Source: an uncultured Enterobacterales bacterium
Lineage (GTDB): Bacteria; Myxococcota_A; UBA796; CAJQPC01
Assembly (NCBI GenBank): GCA_964604165.1
Contig: CAZRYF010000011.1
Span: 21,552-85,551 of the forward strand
Direction of reading: 5' to 3'
DNA length: 64,000 nt
Shown here: in pieces, positions 35,126-44,440 of the stretch
How the letters are laid out: each line of letters opens with the position of its first letter
Numbering within the stretch: position 1 is the stretch's first letter
Translations under genes and position numbers: made by a program
The notes under the pieces: generated by a model
What the model was told of the DNA's origin: nothing
Databases searched by the model: none
The model's input: only the letters and a program-made list of their open reading frames with translations

Positions 35126-38100
35126 GGCCGCCGAGCCTCATCGGAAGGGCCAAAGCTGAACACCTTGGACAACTCCATCAGGAGCGGGATCTCGTTGGTC
35201 TTGATCTTGCCTGACACAAACTCTGGGACCGAAGGCACATAAGCCTCCCGCACGATGCGCATCAGCATGTCCGGGGTGGTCTTGACCACGCAGTCCGCGC
35301 GACCTCCCTTGGGCCGCCCGCGCCAGACCTCGCAGCCATCTTGCTCCACGCTGACGGTCCACTTGCCGCTGTCTGCACCTCCAGAGGCACCGTTCTGGCC
35401 CTCCAAGGAGAAGTACCAGGACAAGGGCTTCTCCACCGCCTCGGGCTGAAAGCGCCCCTCAAACTCCTCAAAGAGCGCCTGGACCCCATCATCGTGGTCC
35501 TCCTCGACCGGCCCATCCTGCGGTTCCAGGGTACTCACATCCAGCACCGAGCCCTCTCGCAAGGTGGCCACAGCCTGGCGTAGCAGCCGGGATGCCTCCC
35601 GGGCGGAGTCCGCTGCACGCATGCCTTCGGTGAGGCGGTGCAGCTCGCTCGCCAGGACAGGCGCCCCGATGCGTACCGTGACCGCCCGGCCCCGGGGAAC
35701 AATCGCCCCCTTGGGCAGCACCTCAAAGGTGCCATCCAAAAAGATGGGGAGCACATCGACCCCTGTCTCCAGGGCCAGCTTGCCCACGAGGGGCTTGAAG
35801 GTTCCCAGGGTGCCGTCCAGACGGCGCGTACCTTCCGGGAACAGGAGCACCACGTTGCCCCCGTCGATGACCTCGCGGGCTTCCTCAAAGCTCCTGCGGA
35901 AGCTGCCGGAGCGATCCACCGGTTGGAGGTTGGTCAGCTGCTCGAAATAGGCCACCACCCACTTGTTGCCCTCAAAGAAGTAGTCCTTCGCCGCCAGTGC
36001 CACGAGCTTCTTTCCGTAGGCGCCCAGCGCGTACTTCACCAGCCCCATGTCCAAGTGAGAGCAGTGGTTTGAAACCACGATGACCGGGCGGTTCTGGGGA
36101 ATGAAGGCCCGACCGGTCACCTGGGTCCTGAGCAACTTCCCGTAGAGTTCCCGTTGGCTGGTTCGCAAAACGGTGCGGAGTGGCTGCACGAGGGGAGCAA
36201 AGATCTTGACCGTCTCCCGCACGTCTTCCTCGACCACGATCTGGGGCCGAGGCGCAGCCACGAGCGCCTCCACATCCGCCACGGTCTCGCATCCCCCCAG
36301 CTCCTCCACCGAAGGCATGCCTTCAGTGACGCCATCCAATGCTGCTGAAAGCTCCACCCACATCAGGGAGTCAAAGCCCAGGTCGGCCTGCATGCCAGTG
36401 CCCTCTTGCACCATGGAGAGATCCACTCCAGCCACCTTTGCGATGGCACCCCGCACAGGACCCGACCCCGCGCGCACGCCGGCGACCGGCTGGTTGGCGC
36501 TGGCGATGCGCTCGAGGATCTTCTTCACGTCGTTCCGCTTGACCTTCCTCGTGGCGGTCCTCGGCAGATCTGCGTCCACCATGTGGACCACAGCGGGCCG
36601 GAAGGTGACGGGCAGCTTGGCGATGGCGTTCTTCAAATTCTCCCGCGCCCGTGCGTGCACCGTGTGGCGATCCAGGTCCTCCTCTGTGCCCGGCACAGCA
36701 AGGAGCCCCAACCGCTCTCCTCCGCGGGGGTCCTCGATGCCCACCAGGGAGTACTCCTCCACATACTCCACGGTGCCCAAAAGGGTCTCCACATCGTCCA
36801 GGTAGATGTTCTCCCCGCTGGAGGTCACCACCACGTCCTTGGCGCGGCCCACAATGCACAGGCGCCCCTTGTGGTCCAGGCGCCCCAAGTCACCTGTCAA
36901 GAGCCAGCCATCCGCATCGATCACCGCATCGGTGGCCTCGGCGTTTCCGTAGTAGCCCTTCATCACGTTGGGCCCCTTGGCCACCACCTCACCCACCCCG
37001 TGTTCATCCGGATCGCGCACCTCGAGGGTTACCCCGGGAATGGCCTTTCCCACGTGCCCCAACTGGCTGCCGGGATGGGCCTGGGCCACAGTCAACACGG
37101 GCGCAGCCTCCGTAAGGCCATAGCCCTCGGAGAGGTGGAGCCCGAGCCCCTGGAACAGCTCCTGGGTGTCCTTGGGCAAGGCCGCCCCCCCGGAGATCAG
37201 AAACCGAATGTTCCCCCCCAGGCGACCGTGCACGGACCCAAAGAGGATCTTGCCCACATCCAGACCGGTCTTCTTGCCGAGCATGCGGTTCAACGCCGTT
37301 CCCATGTCGAAGGCAAGCTGGAAAGCCGGCCCCTTGTCCTTGACCTGCCCCAGAATACGGCGCTCCAAGAGCTGCCAAAGAGCAGGGACCCCCACCATTC
37401 CCGTGATGCGCCCCTCCTTGAGGCCCCGGGTCAGGCTGTCACCGGTGAGCTCATCCAGGTACAGAATCCGGACCCCCCGGGACAAGGGCAGCAACAGGCC
37501 GCAGGTGAACTCAAAGGTGTGGTGCAAGGGAAGGACCGAGAGCATGCGGTCGTCTTCCTTGAGCTCAAACAAAGTACCCAGGCTCGCGATGAGGGCCGTG
37601 AGGTTGCCGTGGGTCAGCATGACCCCCTTCGGCAGCCCGGTGGTGCCGGACGTAAACAAGATGCTGGCCACGTCCTGGGAGGTCGCTTTCCGGGCGGGCA
37701 GTCCGTCGGTGGGTCCTTCCGCAGCGACCACGTGCATGTCCAGCATCCGGCCTGTCACCACATCCCCAAAGGCATCCCGGGCCTCTGCATCCAACAGCGC
37801 TCCCCAGATGGAGGCAGCGGCAGCAATGTTGGCAGCCTGCCCCTCCGAGAGTGTGGTCTCCACAGGCACCACCACCCCGCCGGCCAACAGGACCCCAAAC
37901 CAGCACACCACCCAGTCTGGATGGTTGAGACCCGACAGCATCACCCGGTCCCCGTCCGAGAGTCCCGCTTCCTGCAATCGGACCGCGGCCGCCCGCGCAC
38001 GCCCCCGAAGGGCCCCGAAAGACATGCGGGAGAGGCCATCGGACTGCACCTGCATCAGGGCTGGTGAGTGCTCGTAGCGCTCCGCAATCTCATCCAGGAA

Positions 38101-39792
38101 GCTCAACAGGTCGTCGTAACTCCGGAGGGCCTTGGATGGACGATCGAGCTTCTCCTCGATCAAGGGAATCACGTGGCGCTCAATGCCTGGGACATGAACC
38201 TCCATGGTCCAGTGCCGCCAGTCGATCTCCTCCGGGTTCCAGACCAGCTTCTCCCTGTCGGCATCATTCAGCCGAGCGAAGGCCGACCGGGTATTGGCCG
38301 CGGAGAAACGGTAGTTGTGGGTGGCCATGAACGGCACAAACTGGTCCATAATGAACGCGGTCTTTTCGTTGGCCTTGCCAAACCCCTTCAAGATGCGGGA
38401 GGAGGGCTCCAACAGAGGCTTGAGGGCCAACACCTCCGCACCCACATCGTCCAGCACCTCGCTGACCCCAAAGGCCGTCTCCGCCATCCACCGGGGGCCC
38501 CACTTGTAGTAGAGGTCCGGAGAAATCGGCGTCGGCCCGTAGTGCATCTGCACCCAGTTTCCCAGGGGGCTGCCGGTGCCCTTGTTCTTGAAGTAGCGGC
38601 GCTTGTACAGGGAGACCAACTCGATGAACCGGTAGGTAAAGAACGGGTTCGAATCTGAGCTTCCAAACTGGTAGACCGGCTTGGCTGTGCCCTCGAGAAG
38701 CTCCGCCATCGCCAGCATCATGCCGGAACAGACCAGATCCACGGGGATGACATCCAGGACCGCATCCGGGTGGGATGGGTAGGCCAACAGCCCCTCCATG
38801 CCCATGTAGATCAGCGGAGCCGAGGTGTTGATTCCCTCGTTCCACCCGGGAAAAGGAAAGGCCAGGGAGGACTCAATGACCGCCGGCCGCACAATGGTGC
38901 AGGGCAGCCCCGATGCACAGAGCACCTGCTCGCCGATGGACTTGGTGTAGGTATAGACGTTGTGCCAGCCCCAGAACTGTGCACGCTCCAGACCCGCCGC
39001 GATCAGGCGATCCGACTCGTAGCGCCGGCGCACCTTGGCCAGCTCATCCTCAAGGGCGGTGCCCCGTGCCGGCTCGTCACTGGCCAGGAGGTTCTTCTTT
39101 GCATCCGCAAGAAACTGGGACTCCCGGAAGGAGTCCCGAGAGCGGTGGCGCACATTCTCCACGAGATCGACGCACTCGGCGATCTCCTGGTCGGCGCTCC
39201 AGTGCTTTGGATCAAGGTCCCCAGCCTTTGGAAAGGGAAACTCGTAGGGATGGACCTCGTCGATCTGGCCGGTACGATCCCCCGCCACGTAGCAGGTGCT
39301 CGTGTGCAGAAAGGCGATGTCCCCCAGGTCCTTGGCCAGAGCGACCAAAGACTGCATCCCAAAGGCGTTGACCTTCAGGGCTTCATCCAGGGGCGGGTTG
39401 AAATCCACAATCCCCGCGGAGTTGACCAGCACGTCCACGCGGCCCCGGAGCTTTTCTCGAAGCGCCTCGGAGACACCGGCGAACTCCTGGGACACGTCCC
39501 CGGCGATGGCGGTCACCTTCTCCTTCAGGAACGCCTCGTAGGCGGCCCCTGGATACCGCACCCGCAAAGGCTCAAAAACCCCCGCCGGGGCCACATCCGC
39601 CCAGAACCGCGCCTCAGAGTCCTGGTCCTTGCGGGGGCGCACCATGAGCCAGACATGGCCGATCTGCGGATAGTGGGTGAGCAGCATGGAGAGCCAGGTC
39701 TTTCCCAGAAAGCCCGTGCCTCCCACGACCAGAAGCTCCTTGCCTTCCAGCAGGGCGCCGACATCGAGTCGGCCTGTGCCGTTCCCGCTCAC
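35122..39792 (-). CDS. Multidomain lipid megasynthase, ElbD-like: FAR-type reductase / fatty-acyl-AMP ligase / ACP / PlsC-type acyltransferase / SCP2
   Basis: N-terminal VVGGTGFLGK marks the NAD_binding_4 reductase. FTSGTTGLPKG marks the adenylation domain and LGFDSLMWVEL the phosphopantetheine site. NHCSHLD plus FPEGTRR mark the AGPAT domain. The C-terminus ADCVVKTTPDMLMRIV...GKIKTNEIPLLMEL is SCP2-like. It has a GTGA overlap with the upstream gene. Confidence 0.85.
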   Translation of the reverse strand: MSGNGTGRLDVGALLEGKELLVVGGTGFLGKTWLSMLLTHYPQIGHVWLMVRPRKDQDSEARFWADVAPAGVFEPLRVRYPGAAYEAFLKEKVTAIAGDVSQEFAGVSEALREKLRGRVDVLVNSAGIVDFNPPLDEALKVNAFGMQSLVALAKDLGDIAFLHTSTCYVAGDRTGQIDEVHPYEFPFPKAGDLDPKHWSADQEIAECVDLVENVRHRSRDSFRESQFLADAKKNLLASDEPARGTALEDELAKVRRRYESDRLIAAGLERAQFWGWHNVYTYTKSIGEQVLCASGLPCTIVRPAVIESSLAFPFPGWNEGINTSAPLIYMGMEGLLAYPSHPDAVLDVIPVDLVCSGMMLAMAELLEGTAKPVYQFGSSDSNPFFTYRFIELVSLYKRRYFKNKGTGSPLGNWVQMHYGPTPISPDLYYKWGPRWMAETAFGVSEVLDDVGAEVLALKPLLEPSSRILKGFGKANEKTAFIMDQFVPFMATHNYRFSAANTRSAFARLNDADREKLVWNPEEIDWRHWTMEVHVPGIERHVIPLIEEKLDRPSKALRSYDDLLSFLDEIAERYEHSPALMQVQSDGLSRMSFGALRGRARAAAVRLQEAGLSDGDRVMLSGLNHPDWVVCWFGVLLAGGVVVPVETTLSEGQAANIAAAASIWGALLDAEARDAFGDVVTGRMLDMHVVAAEGPTDGLPARKATSQDVASILFTSGTTGLPKGVMLTHGNLTALIASLGTLFELKEDDRMLSVLPLHHTFEFTCGLLLPLSRGVRILYLDELTGDSLTRGLKEGRITGMVGVPALWQLLERRILGQVKDKGPAFQLAFDMGTALNRMLGKKTGLDVGKILFGSVHGRLGGNIRFLISGGAALPKDTQELFQGLGLHLSEGYGLTEAAPVLTVAQAHPGSQLGHVGKAIPGVTLEVRDPDEHGVGEVVAKGPNVMKGYYGNAEATDAVIDADGWLLTGDLGRLDHKGRLCIVGRAKDVVVTSSGENIYLDDVETLLGTVEYVEEYSLVGIEDPRGGERLGLLAVPGTEEDLDRHTVHARARENLKNAIAKLPVTFRPAVVHMVDADLPRTATRKVKRNDVKKILERIASANQPVAGVRAGSGPVRGAIAKVAGVDLSMVQEGTGMQADLGFDSLMWVELSAALDGVTEGMPSVEELGGCETVADVEALVAAPRPQIVVEEDVRETVKIFAPLVQPLRTVLRTSQRELYGKLLRTQVTGRAFIPQNRPVIVVSNHCSHLDMGLVKYALGAYGKKLVALAAKDYFFEGNKWVVAYFEQLTNLQPVDRSGSFRRSFEEAREVIDGGNVVLLFPEGTRRLDGTLGTFKPLVGKLALETGVDVLPIFLDGTFEVLPKGAIVPRGRAVTVRIGAPVLASELHRLTEGMRAADSAREASRLLRQAVATLREGSVLDVSTLEPQDGPVEEDHDDGVQALFEEFEGRFQPEAVEKPLSWYFSLEGQNGASGGADSGKWTVSVEQDGCEVWRGRPKGGRADCVVKTTPDMLMRIVREAYVPSVPEFVSGKIKTNEIPLLMELSKVFSFGPSDEARRP

Positions 39793-41414
39793 TTGGAGGC
39801 CTCCGCTTCAATGGCTGCGGGCACCGGATCCGGCGTCACATCCGCAATGAAGACCGGTGGCAGGTGCAGGCAGGTGATGTCCGGATCCTCCGGCGCAGTC
39901 TCCTTGGCCATGCGCAGCGCCTCGTCAAAGTTGCGAGCGGTCTCATAGCCCAGGATGCCCGGGATGTACTCGTTGTCCGCCCCCACCACGATCACACGCC
40001 CCAGGTGTTGGCGACCGTTCTCGCCCCAGTACCACATGTAGAAGGGGTGGGCCGGATGGTAGGCGTTCCCGGTCCGGTACATCTGGACGAAGGCCGGGTT
40101 CTTGGCGAACTCGCGCTCAAAGCGCTTGTGCAGCTCCATGGCATCCCGGGTCTGGGTGAGGAACTTGTGGAAGAACTCCACGTAGGCCGGGTGCTGCTCC
40201 CGATCGAACTTGTCCGTGCAGGGGTGAAAGATGATCAGCGTCCCGCCCTTTCGAACTACCGGCGCCCCTCGATGCAGGTTGTAGAGGTAGCCCTCTGCCA
40301 TGACCGCCACCAGGAGCGGATTCAGGACGCTGTTCACGTTGTAGGGACTGATGTAGGGGATGCCGGAGATCATGATGTCGCACTGGCCCTCAATGGGCAC
40401 CAGGTACTGGTCGTAGGCCTTCTTCATTGTGTGTTCGTGGACGGCTTCCGTCTCGCCGGCAAACACGCCCGTCACGCCGTAGGGGGCGGGGACCTTCGAG
40501 AAGATGGCCTGTCGAGCGGGGGCCGGCAGAATGCCAAGGGTCCGCACCAGTCCCTTGAGGGCGCGCTCTTCGGCAGCGCTCAAGTCATCTTCATTCTTGG
40601 AGAGGAACTCCAGTGGCTTGTCGAACATGCGGTTGTTGACCGTGGTCTCCACCGTGAACACCTTGCAGTGGCGGTTCACCAGCTTCCCCATGCGCACGAT
40701 GCGGGTGTTCAGCTCGGAATCGTCCGGATCCATGTACGTACCGCTCTTGCGGATGGCCTCTGGGGTGTGGTGGGCGCACAGGCTTCGATACCCGCAAAGC
40801 CCCACCGCCACTGACTTGTGGCCGCCATCCATGGGGACGAAGTTGAGGTTCACGTAGATGATGAGGTCGCTCTCCGCCGCCCTGCGGCTGATCTCCACCT
40901 CTTCGCCTTCCTCGGTGGTGCCCAGGAAGGTCATGCCATCAGGCTTCTCAGCGTCGTGGTTGTAGAGGCGATCCGGCCAATAGTCATCAAAGATCTTCTT
41001 GCCGGTGATGTGCTTGACCTCGGGACCGGTCATGGGCCGGTGCAAGGAGGTGGCAATCACCATGTGGATGTCCGTGACCGCGTAGTCGGCCAGCTGCTCC
41101 AACACGACCTCCAACACCCGCTGCCGAATGTCCGGCTTCTTCATGGGGGGAAGCGGCAAGGAGATGTCATCCATGGCGATGGTGACCTTCATGCCTGGCT
41201 TCAACAGCGCGTGCAGTGGCTCGCAGCCGTAGGGGTGATCGATGGCATACCGAATGGCTGCATCCACGTCTTCAAGAGGGGCAAGGGGGGGCTTCGGGTA
41301 GATCACCCGGGTGCCCACCGGCAAGTCCACCTCCACCAGCTGGGTCCCGGAAAAAAGGACCCGCGGCTTGGAGCGGTGATCGGTCGTGATGACACAGGGA
41401 TGCGGCGTGCTCAT
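39789..41414 (-). CDS. LarA-N (lactate racemase N-terminal, DUF2088) domain protein
   Basis: 541 aa. The KVTIAMDDISLPLP and GGHKSVAVG regions resemble the LarA-like fold. This assignment is from memory of the family. Confidence 0.55.
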   Translation of the reverse strand: MSTPHPCVITTDHRSKPRVLFSGTQLVEVDLPVGTRVIYPKPPLAPLEDVDAAIRYAIDHPYGCEPLHALLKPGMKVTIAMDDISLPLPPMKKPDIRQRVLEVVLEQLADYAVTDIHMVIATSLHRPMTGPEVKHITGKKIFDDYWPDRLYNHDAEKPDGMTFLGTTEEGEEVEISRRAAESDLIIYVNLNFVPMDGGHKSVAVGLCGYRSLCAHHTPEAIRKSGTYMDPDDSELNTRIVRMGKLVNRHCKVFTVETTVNNRMFDKPLEFLSKNEDDLSAAEERALKGLVRTLGILPAPARQAIFSKVPAPYGVTGVFAGETEAVHEHTMKKAYDQYLVPIEGQCDIMISGIPYISPYNVNSVLNPLLVAVMAEGYLYNLHRGAPVVRKGGTLIIFHPCTDKFDREQHPAYVEFFHKFLTQTRDAMELHKRFEREFAKNPAFVQMYRTGNAYHPAHPFYMWYWGENGRQHLGRVIVVGADNEYIPGILGYETARNFDEALRMAKETAPEDPDITCLHLPPVFIADVTPDPVPAAIEAEASK

Positions 41415-41423
41415 GAAGGCTTC

Positions 41424-42101
41424 CTACTGACCGGGGGTGGGGCGATCCACATTCAGAATGGGCCACTGGTAGGCCAGCGCCAGGCGGCGCAGCTTCTTGT
41501 CGGGATTGATGCATTGGGGGTGGCCCACCACCGAGAGCATGGGCACATCGGAAAAGGAGTCGGAGTAGGCCTGGCAGTGGGCAAGATCTTCCCCGTGTTC
41601 CCGGGCGTCGTCCGCCAGAATGCGGGCCTTGGTGGGACCGGCCACCACAGGGCGAAGGAGCTTTCCGGTGGCGTAGCCATCCTTCATCTCCAGGCGGTTG
41701 GTGATGGCATCATCCGCCCCCAGGTACCGGGCCAGGGGGGTCACCGTGACGTCCAGGGAGCCGGTGACCAGGACAATGCGGTATCCAGCGATCTTGCACT
41801 TCTCGATGAGGTCCACGGTTCCCCGAAAAATGCGGGGGCGAATCACCGCTTCAAAGACATCTTCCGAGAGGAGCACCATGCGGTCCTCGCTCATGCCCTT
41901 GTAATGGGAAAAGAGCATCTCGTTGAAGAGGCGCCGATCCCGAAGCTCGGCCGCCGCCATCAAAGGAGCCCAGATGGCGGCCCGACCCATGCGCCGCAGG
42001 CTGTCCATGGGGGACGACTGGTTCGCCAGGTACATGATCGTCGGGTGCACCAGATTGGTGCCGACCAAAGTCCCGTCGACATCGAAGTAGGCTGCGGGCA
42101 C
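41424..42101 (-). CDS. HAD-IB family hydrolase (SerB-like phosphatase)
   Basis: ORF trimmed to GTG 42101 (GGAGG 4 nt upstream), giving MPAAYFDVDGTLV. Later motifs are VTGSLD and YSDSFSDVPML. Confidence 0.8.
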   Translation of the reverse strand: MPAAYFDVDGTLVGTNLVHPTIMYLANQSSPMDSLRRMGRAAIWAPLMAAAELRDRRLFNEMLFSHYKGMSEDRMVLLSEDVFEAVIRPRIFRGTVDLIEKCKIAGYRIVLVTGSLDVTVTPLARYLGADDAITNRLEMKDGYATGKLLRPVVAGPTKARILADDAREHGEDLAHCQAYSDSFSDVPMLSVVGHPQCINPDKKLRRLALAYQWPILNVDRPTPGQ

Positions 42102-42195
42102 TCTGCCTCCAAGGCGCGGGCGAGTAACCCGCCACCCCACCCCCTTCCACATGTGGGGGGCGGGGCCGGGCTACCCTTTCGAGGAGGAACTCTCC

Positions 42196-43428
42196 GTGCA
42201 GCTCACCTTTACTTTCGACGTCGTCTGCCCCTACGCCTACCTGGCCTCAACCCAGGTGGAGGCCCTGGCCAAGCGGGCAGGTGCATCCCTTTCGTGGCAG
42301 CCCGTCTTGTTGGGAGGACTCTTCAACCTCTTGGACGGCCCCTCCAGCCCCGCGGATTCCTGGCCCGTCGGCAAGCGGGAGCACAACCTAAGAGATCTTG
42401 CCCGCCAGGCAGAGTTGTTGGGCCATCCCTTGTCTCCTCCCCCGGAGCATCCCCGGCGAACCGTCGGGGCCATGCGCTTGTTGGTGGCAGCCAATCCTGA
42501 AACCCGTCCCGCCCTCGCCCACCGTCTGTTCGAAGCCTATTGGAAGCACGGCGAGGACATTTCAGATGGGGAGGTCCTCGACCGGTACGCCACCGAGGCA
42601 GGAGTGGACCCGGCGTGCAGGGAAGAGCCCGCCGTGAAAGAGGCGCTTCGTCAACGCACCCAGGATGCGTTCGACCAAGGCATATTCGGGGTGCCCACCC
42701 TTGGGGTGGGAGACGAGTGGTGGTGGGGTGCTGACCGCCTGGACCAGGTCGCGGCTGCCTTGGGGCTGACCCCGACGCCGCCTACACCCTCGGCACAAAC
42801 CGGTCGCAGGCTGCGCTTCTTCCACGACTTCTCAAGCCCCTTTGCCTTCCTGGCCTCCCAGCAGGTGGATCGAATCGCGGCTGCACACGGAGCCAAACTG
42901 GAGCACGTTCCCATCCTGCTTGGCGCGCTCTTTCAAGAGATAGGCACCCCCATGATTCCCCTGTTTGAAATGAGCGAATCCCGACGAAACTGGATGTCCA
43001 GGGATCTTCACAGGTGGGCATCCTGGTGGAAGGTGCCCTTTCAATTCGCATCGGTCTTTCCCTTGCGCACCGTCGCGCCCCTGCGGGTCTCACTCCTGGA
43101 GCCCGCCGCAGTAGACTGCATGTACAGGGCCGCCTGGCAAGACGACCGAGACATTGGTGAGCCCGGGGTGTTGGTGGAGGTTCTGAACGCCTCAGGGTTT
43201 GACGGGCAAGCGCTGATGGAGGGCACGCAAGCCCCAGCGATCAAGGCACGACTTCGGGAGAACACCGCGCTGGCCGCCGGTCTTGGCGTCTGCGGCGTGC
43301 CCACCTTTCAAGTGGACGACGGGCCCTTGTTCTGGGGACAGGACCGGCTCCACATGGTGGAGCGCGCCCTCCAGGGATGGGTACCCAAGATCGACGAGGA
43401 GCGGGGGCCTGTGGGAAGATTCCTTTAG
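42196..43428 (+). CDS. Tandem DsbA-like / 2-hydroxychromene-2-carboxylate isomerase (kappa-GST-like) fusion
   Basis: GTG 42196 (GAGGAGGA upstream). Domain 1 has FTFDVVCPYAY...FGVPTL. Domain 2 has FFHDFSSPFAF...CGVPTF. Confidence 0.75.
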   Translation: MQLTFTFDVVCPYAYLASTQVEALAKRAGASLSWQPVLLGGLFNLLDGPSSPADSWPVGKREHNLRDLARQAELLGHPLSPPPEHPRRTVGAMRLLVAANPETRPALAHRLFEAYWKHGEDISDGEVLDRYATEAGVDPACREEPAVKEALRQRTQDAFDQGIFGVPTLGVGDEWWWGADRLDQVAAALGLTPTPPTPSAQTGRRLRFFHDFSSPFAFLASQQVDRIAAAHGAKLEHVPILLGALFQEIGTPMIPLFEMSESRRNWMSRDLHRWASWWKVPFQFASVFPLRTVAPLRVSLLEPAAVDCMYRAAWQDDRDIGEPGVLVEVLNASGFDGQALMEGTQAPAIKARLRENTALAAGLGVCGVPTFQVDDGPLFWGQDRLHMVERALQGWVPKIDEERGPVGRFL

Positions 43429-43434
43429 CCCGGG

Positions 43435-43597
43435 CTAGGAGGCTGTAGCGCATTGCTCCCGTCGACTGGCTTGCCCACGCAATTCCAGACACTTCCGCTC
43501 GTCGGTCACATGTCCAGACATGTTCCCTCCTCCCGTAAGCACCTGTAATCACATGTGCGGAGCCATTCTCGGTCCGCAATGCGCTACAGCCTCCTAG
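43435..43597. repeat. 163-bp element bounded by perfect 22-bp inverted repeats (MITE-like or structured leader)
   Basis: CTAGGAGGCTGTAGCGCATTGC (43435-43456) is the exact reverse complement of 43576-43597. The interior carries three ACATGT palindromes (43508, 43518, 43551). The right arm overlaps the AGGAG Shine-Dalgarno of the next gene. Confidence 0.8.
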
Positions 43598-43609
43598 GAG
43601 AAGACGGAC

Positions 43610-44440
43610 TTGCTGGTACTCCAACGCACGTACAAGGACGGCGTACCCGGCCCCTTGAACCTCTTCTTGGAGGGGATTCTCGTGGCCCTGCTCGGGGCGA
43701 CCTTTGCGGGCTGGCTCTTTCCCGATGAAGCCAGTCTCCTGGCCGTTTTTCTGGCCGCAGTATCCACCACGGACTCCATGGAGCGTCTGCTCCTTTGGAA
43801 CCGAGACCAGATCTTCGACCAACAGCGCCCCCCGCGTGAAGCCAACATCGAGCTCGCCTTGTTCCTGCTCGTCCTGTTCGCAGGAACGACCACGGGATTC
43901 TCGATCCTGGCCCTCGGTCTCCCCCTGGATGCTGCCGAGTTCCTCTTCGACCACCAGCTGAAGGACTACGGCGGACAGAGCATCAAGGACCTCACCTTTG
44001 GCACCCCCGTGGCGCTGCTCCTCCACAACACCTACGTGGTGCTGTTCTTCTTCATCCTGGCCATTCCCTTCCGCCAGGGAGGCATCATGCTGGCCGTGGC
44101 CTGGAACGCCTCGGTCTGGGCTGCAGCCTTTTCCACCATGGCGCGGAACTGGTCTGCCACGGATGGCCCCGGATTGATCGAGGCCTATGTTCGAATTCTC
44201 GGAGCCTGCGCCCCCCACATGGCCCTGGAAGCGGCCGCCTATTGTCTCGCCGGTCTGGCAGGGGTTTTTCTCTCCAAGGCCCTGCTGAAATACAGCCTGG
44301 AGTCCAAGGAGCTGGGATCTGTGCTGAATTCGGTCGGTTTAATGCTGGCATTGGCAGGGTTTCTGGTAGTGTCAGGAGCCCTCTGGGAGGGTTTCGTCGC
44401 CCCACGATTGCTTTCCGTTCTCGTGGGTTCGCCCGTTTGA
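43610..44440 (+). CDS. SpoIIM-like (DUF95) integral membrane protein
   Basis: TTG start 9 nt after AGGAG. It is polytopic and has the HNTYVVLFFFILAIPF and AAAYCLAG segments typical of the family. Confidence 0.55.
   Translation: MLVLQRTYKDGVPGPLNLFLEGILVALLGATFAGWLFPDEASLLAVFLAAVSTTDSMERLLLWNRDQIFDQQRPPREANIELALFLLVLFAGTTTGFSILALGLPLDAAEFLFDHQLKDYGGQSIKDLTFGTPVALLLHNTYVVLFFFILAIPFRQGGIMLAVAWNASVWAAAFSTMARNWSATDGPGLIEAYVRILGACAPHMALEAAAYCLAGLAGVFLSKALLKYSLESKELGSVLNSVGLMLALAGFLVVSGALWEGFVAPRLLSVLVGSPV

Noticed and set aside
35564-42500. Long plus-strand ORFs (e.g. 36406..38067, 37166..38077, 38770..39948, 39864..40814, 40818..42500) opposite the ElbD-like, LarA-like and HAD genes
   Set aside because: These are shadow ORFs. 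They have no recognisable motifs and biased Arg/Pro/Gly/His content, whereas the minus strand shows textbook adenylation, ACP, AGPAT and HAD motifs.
43435-43597. The inverted-repeat element as an insertion sequence
   Set aside because: At only 163 bp it has no transposase ORF. It could at most be a non-autonomous MITE-like element or a structured RNA, so it is annotated as a repeat rather than a mobile element.
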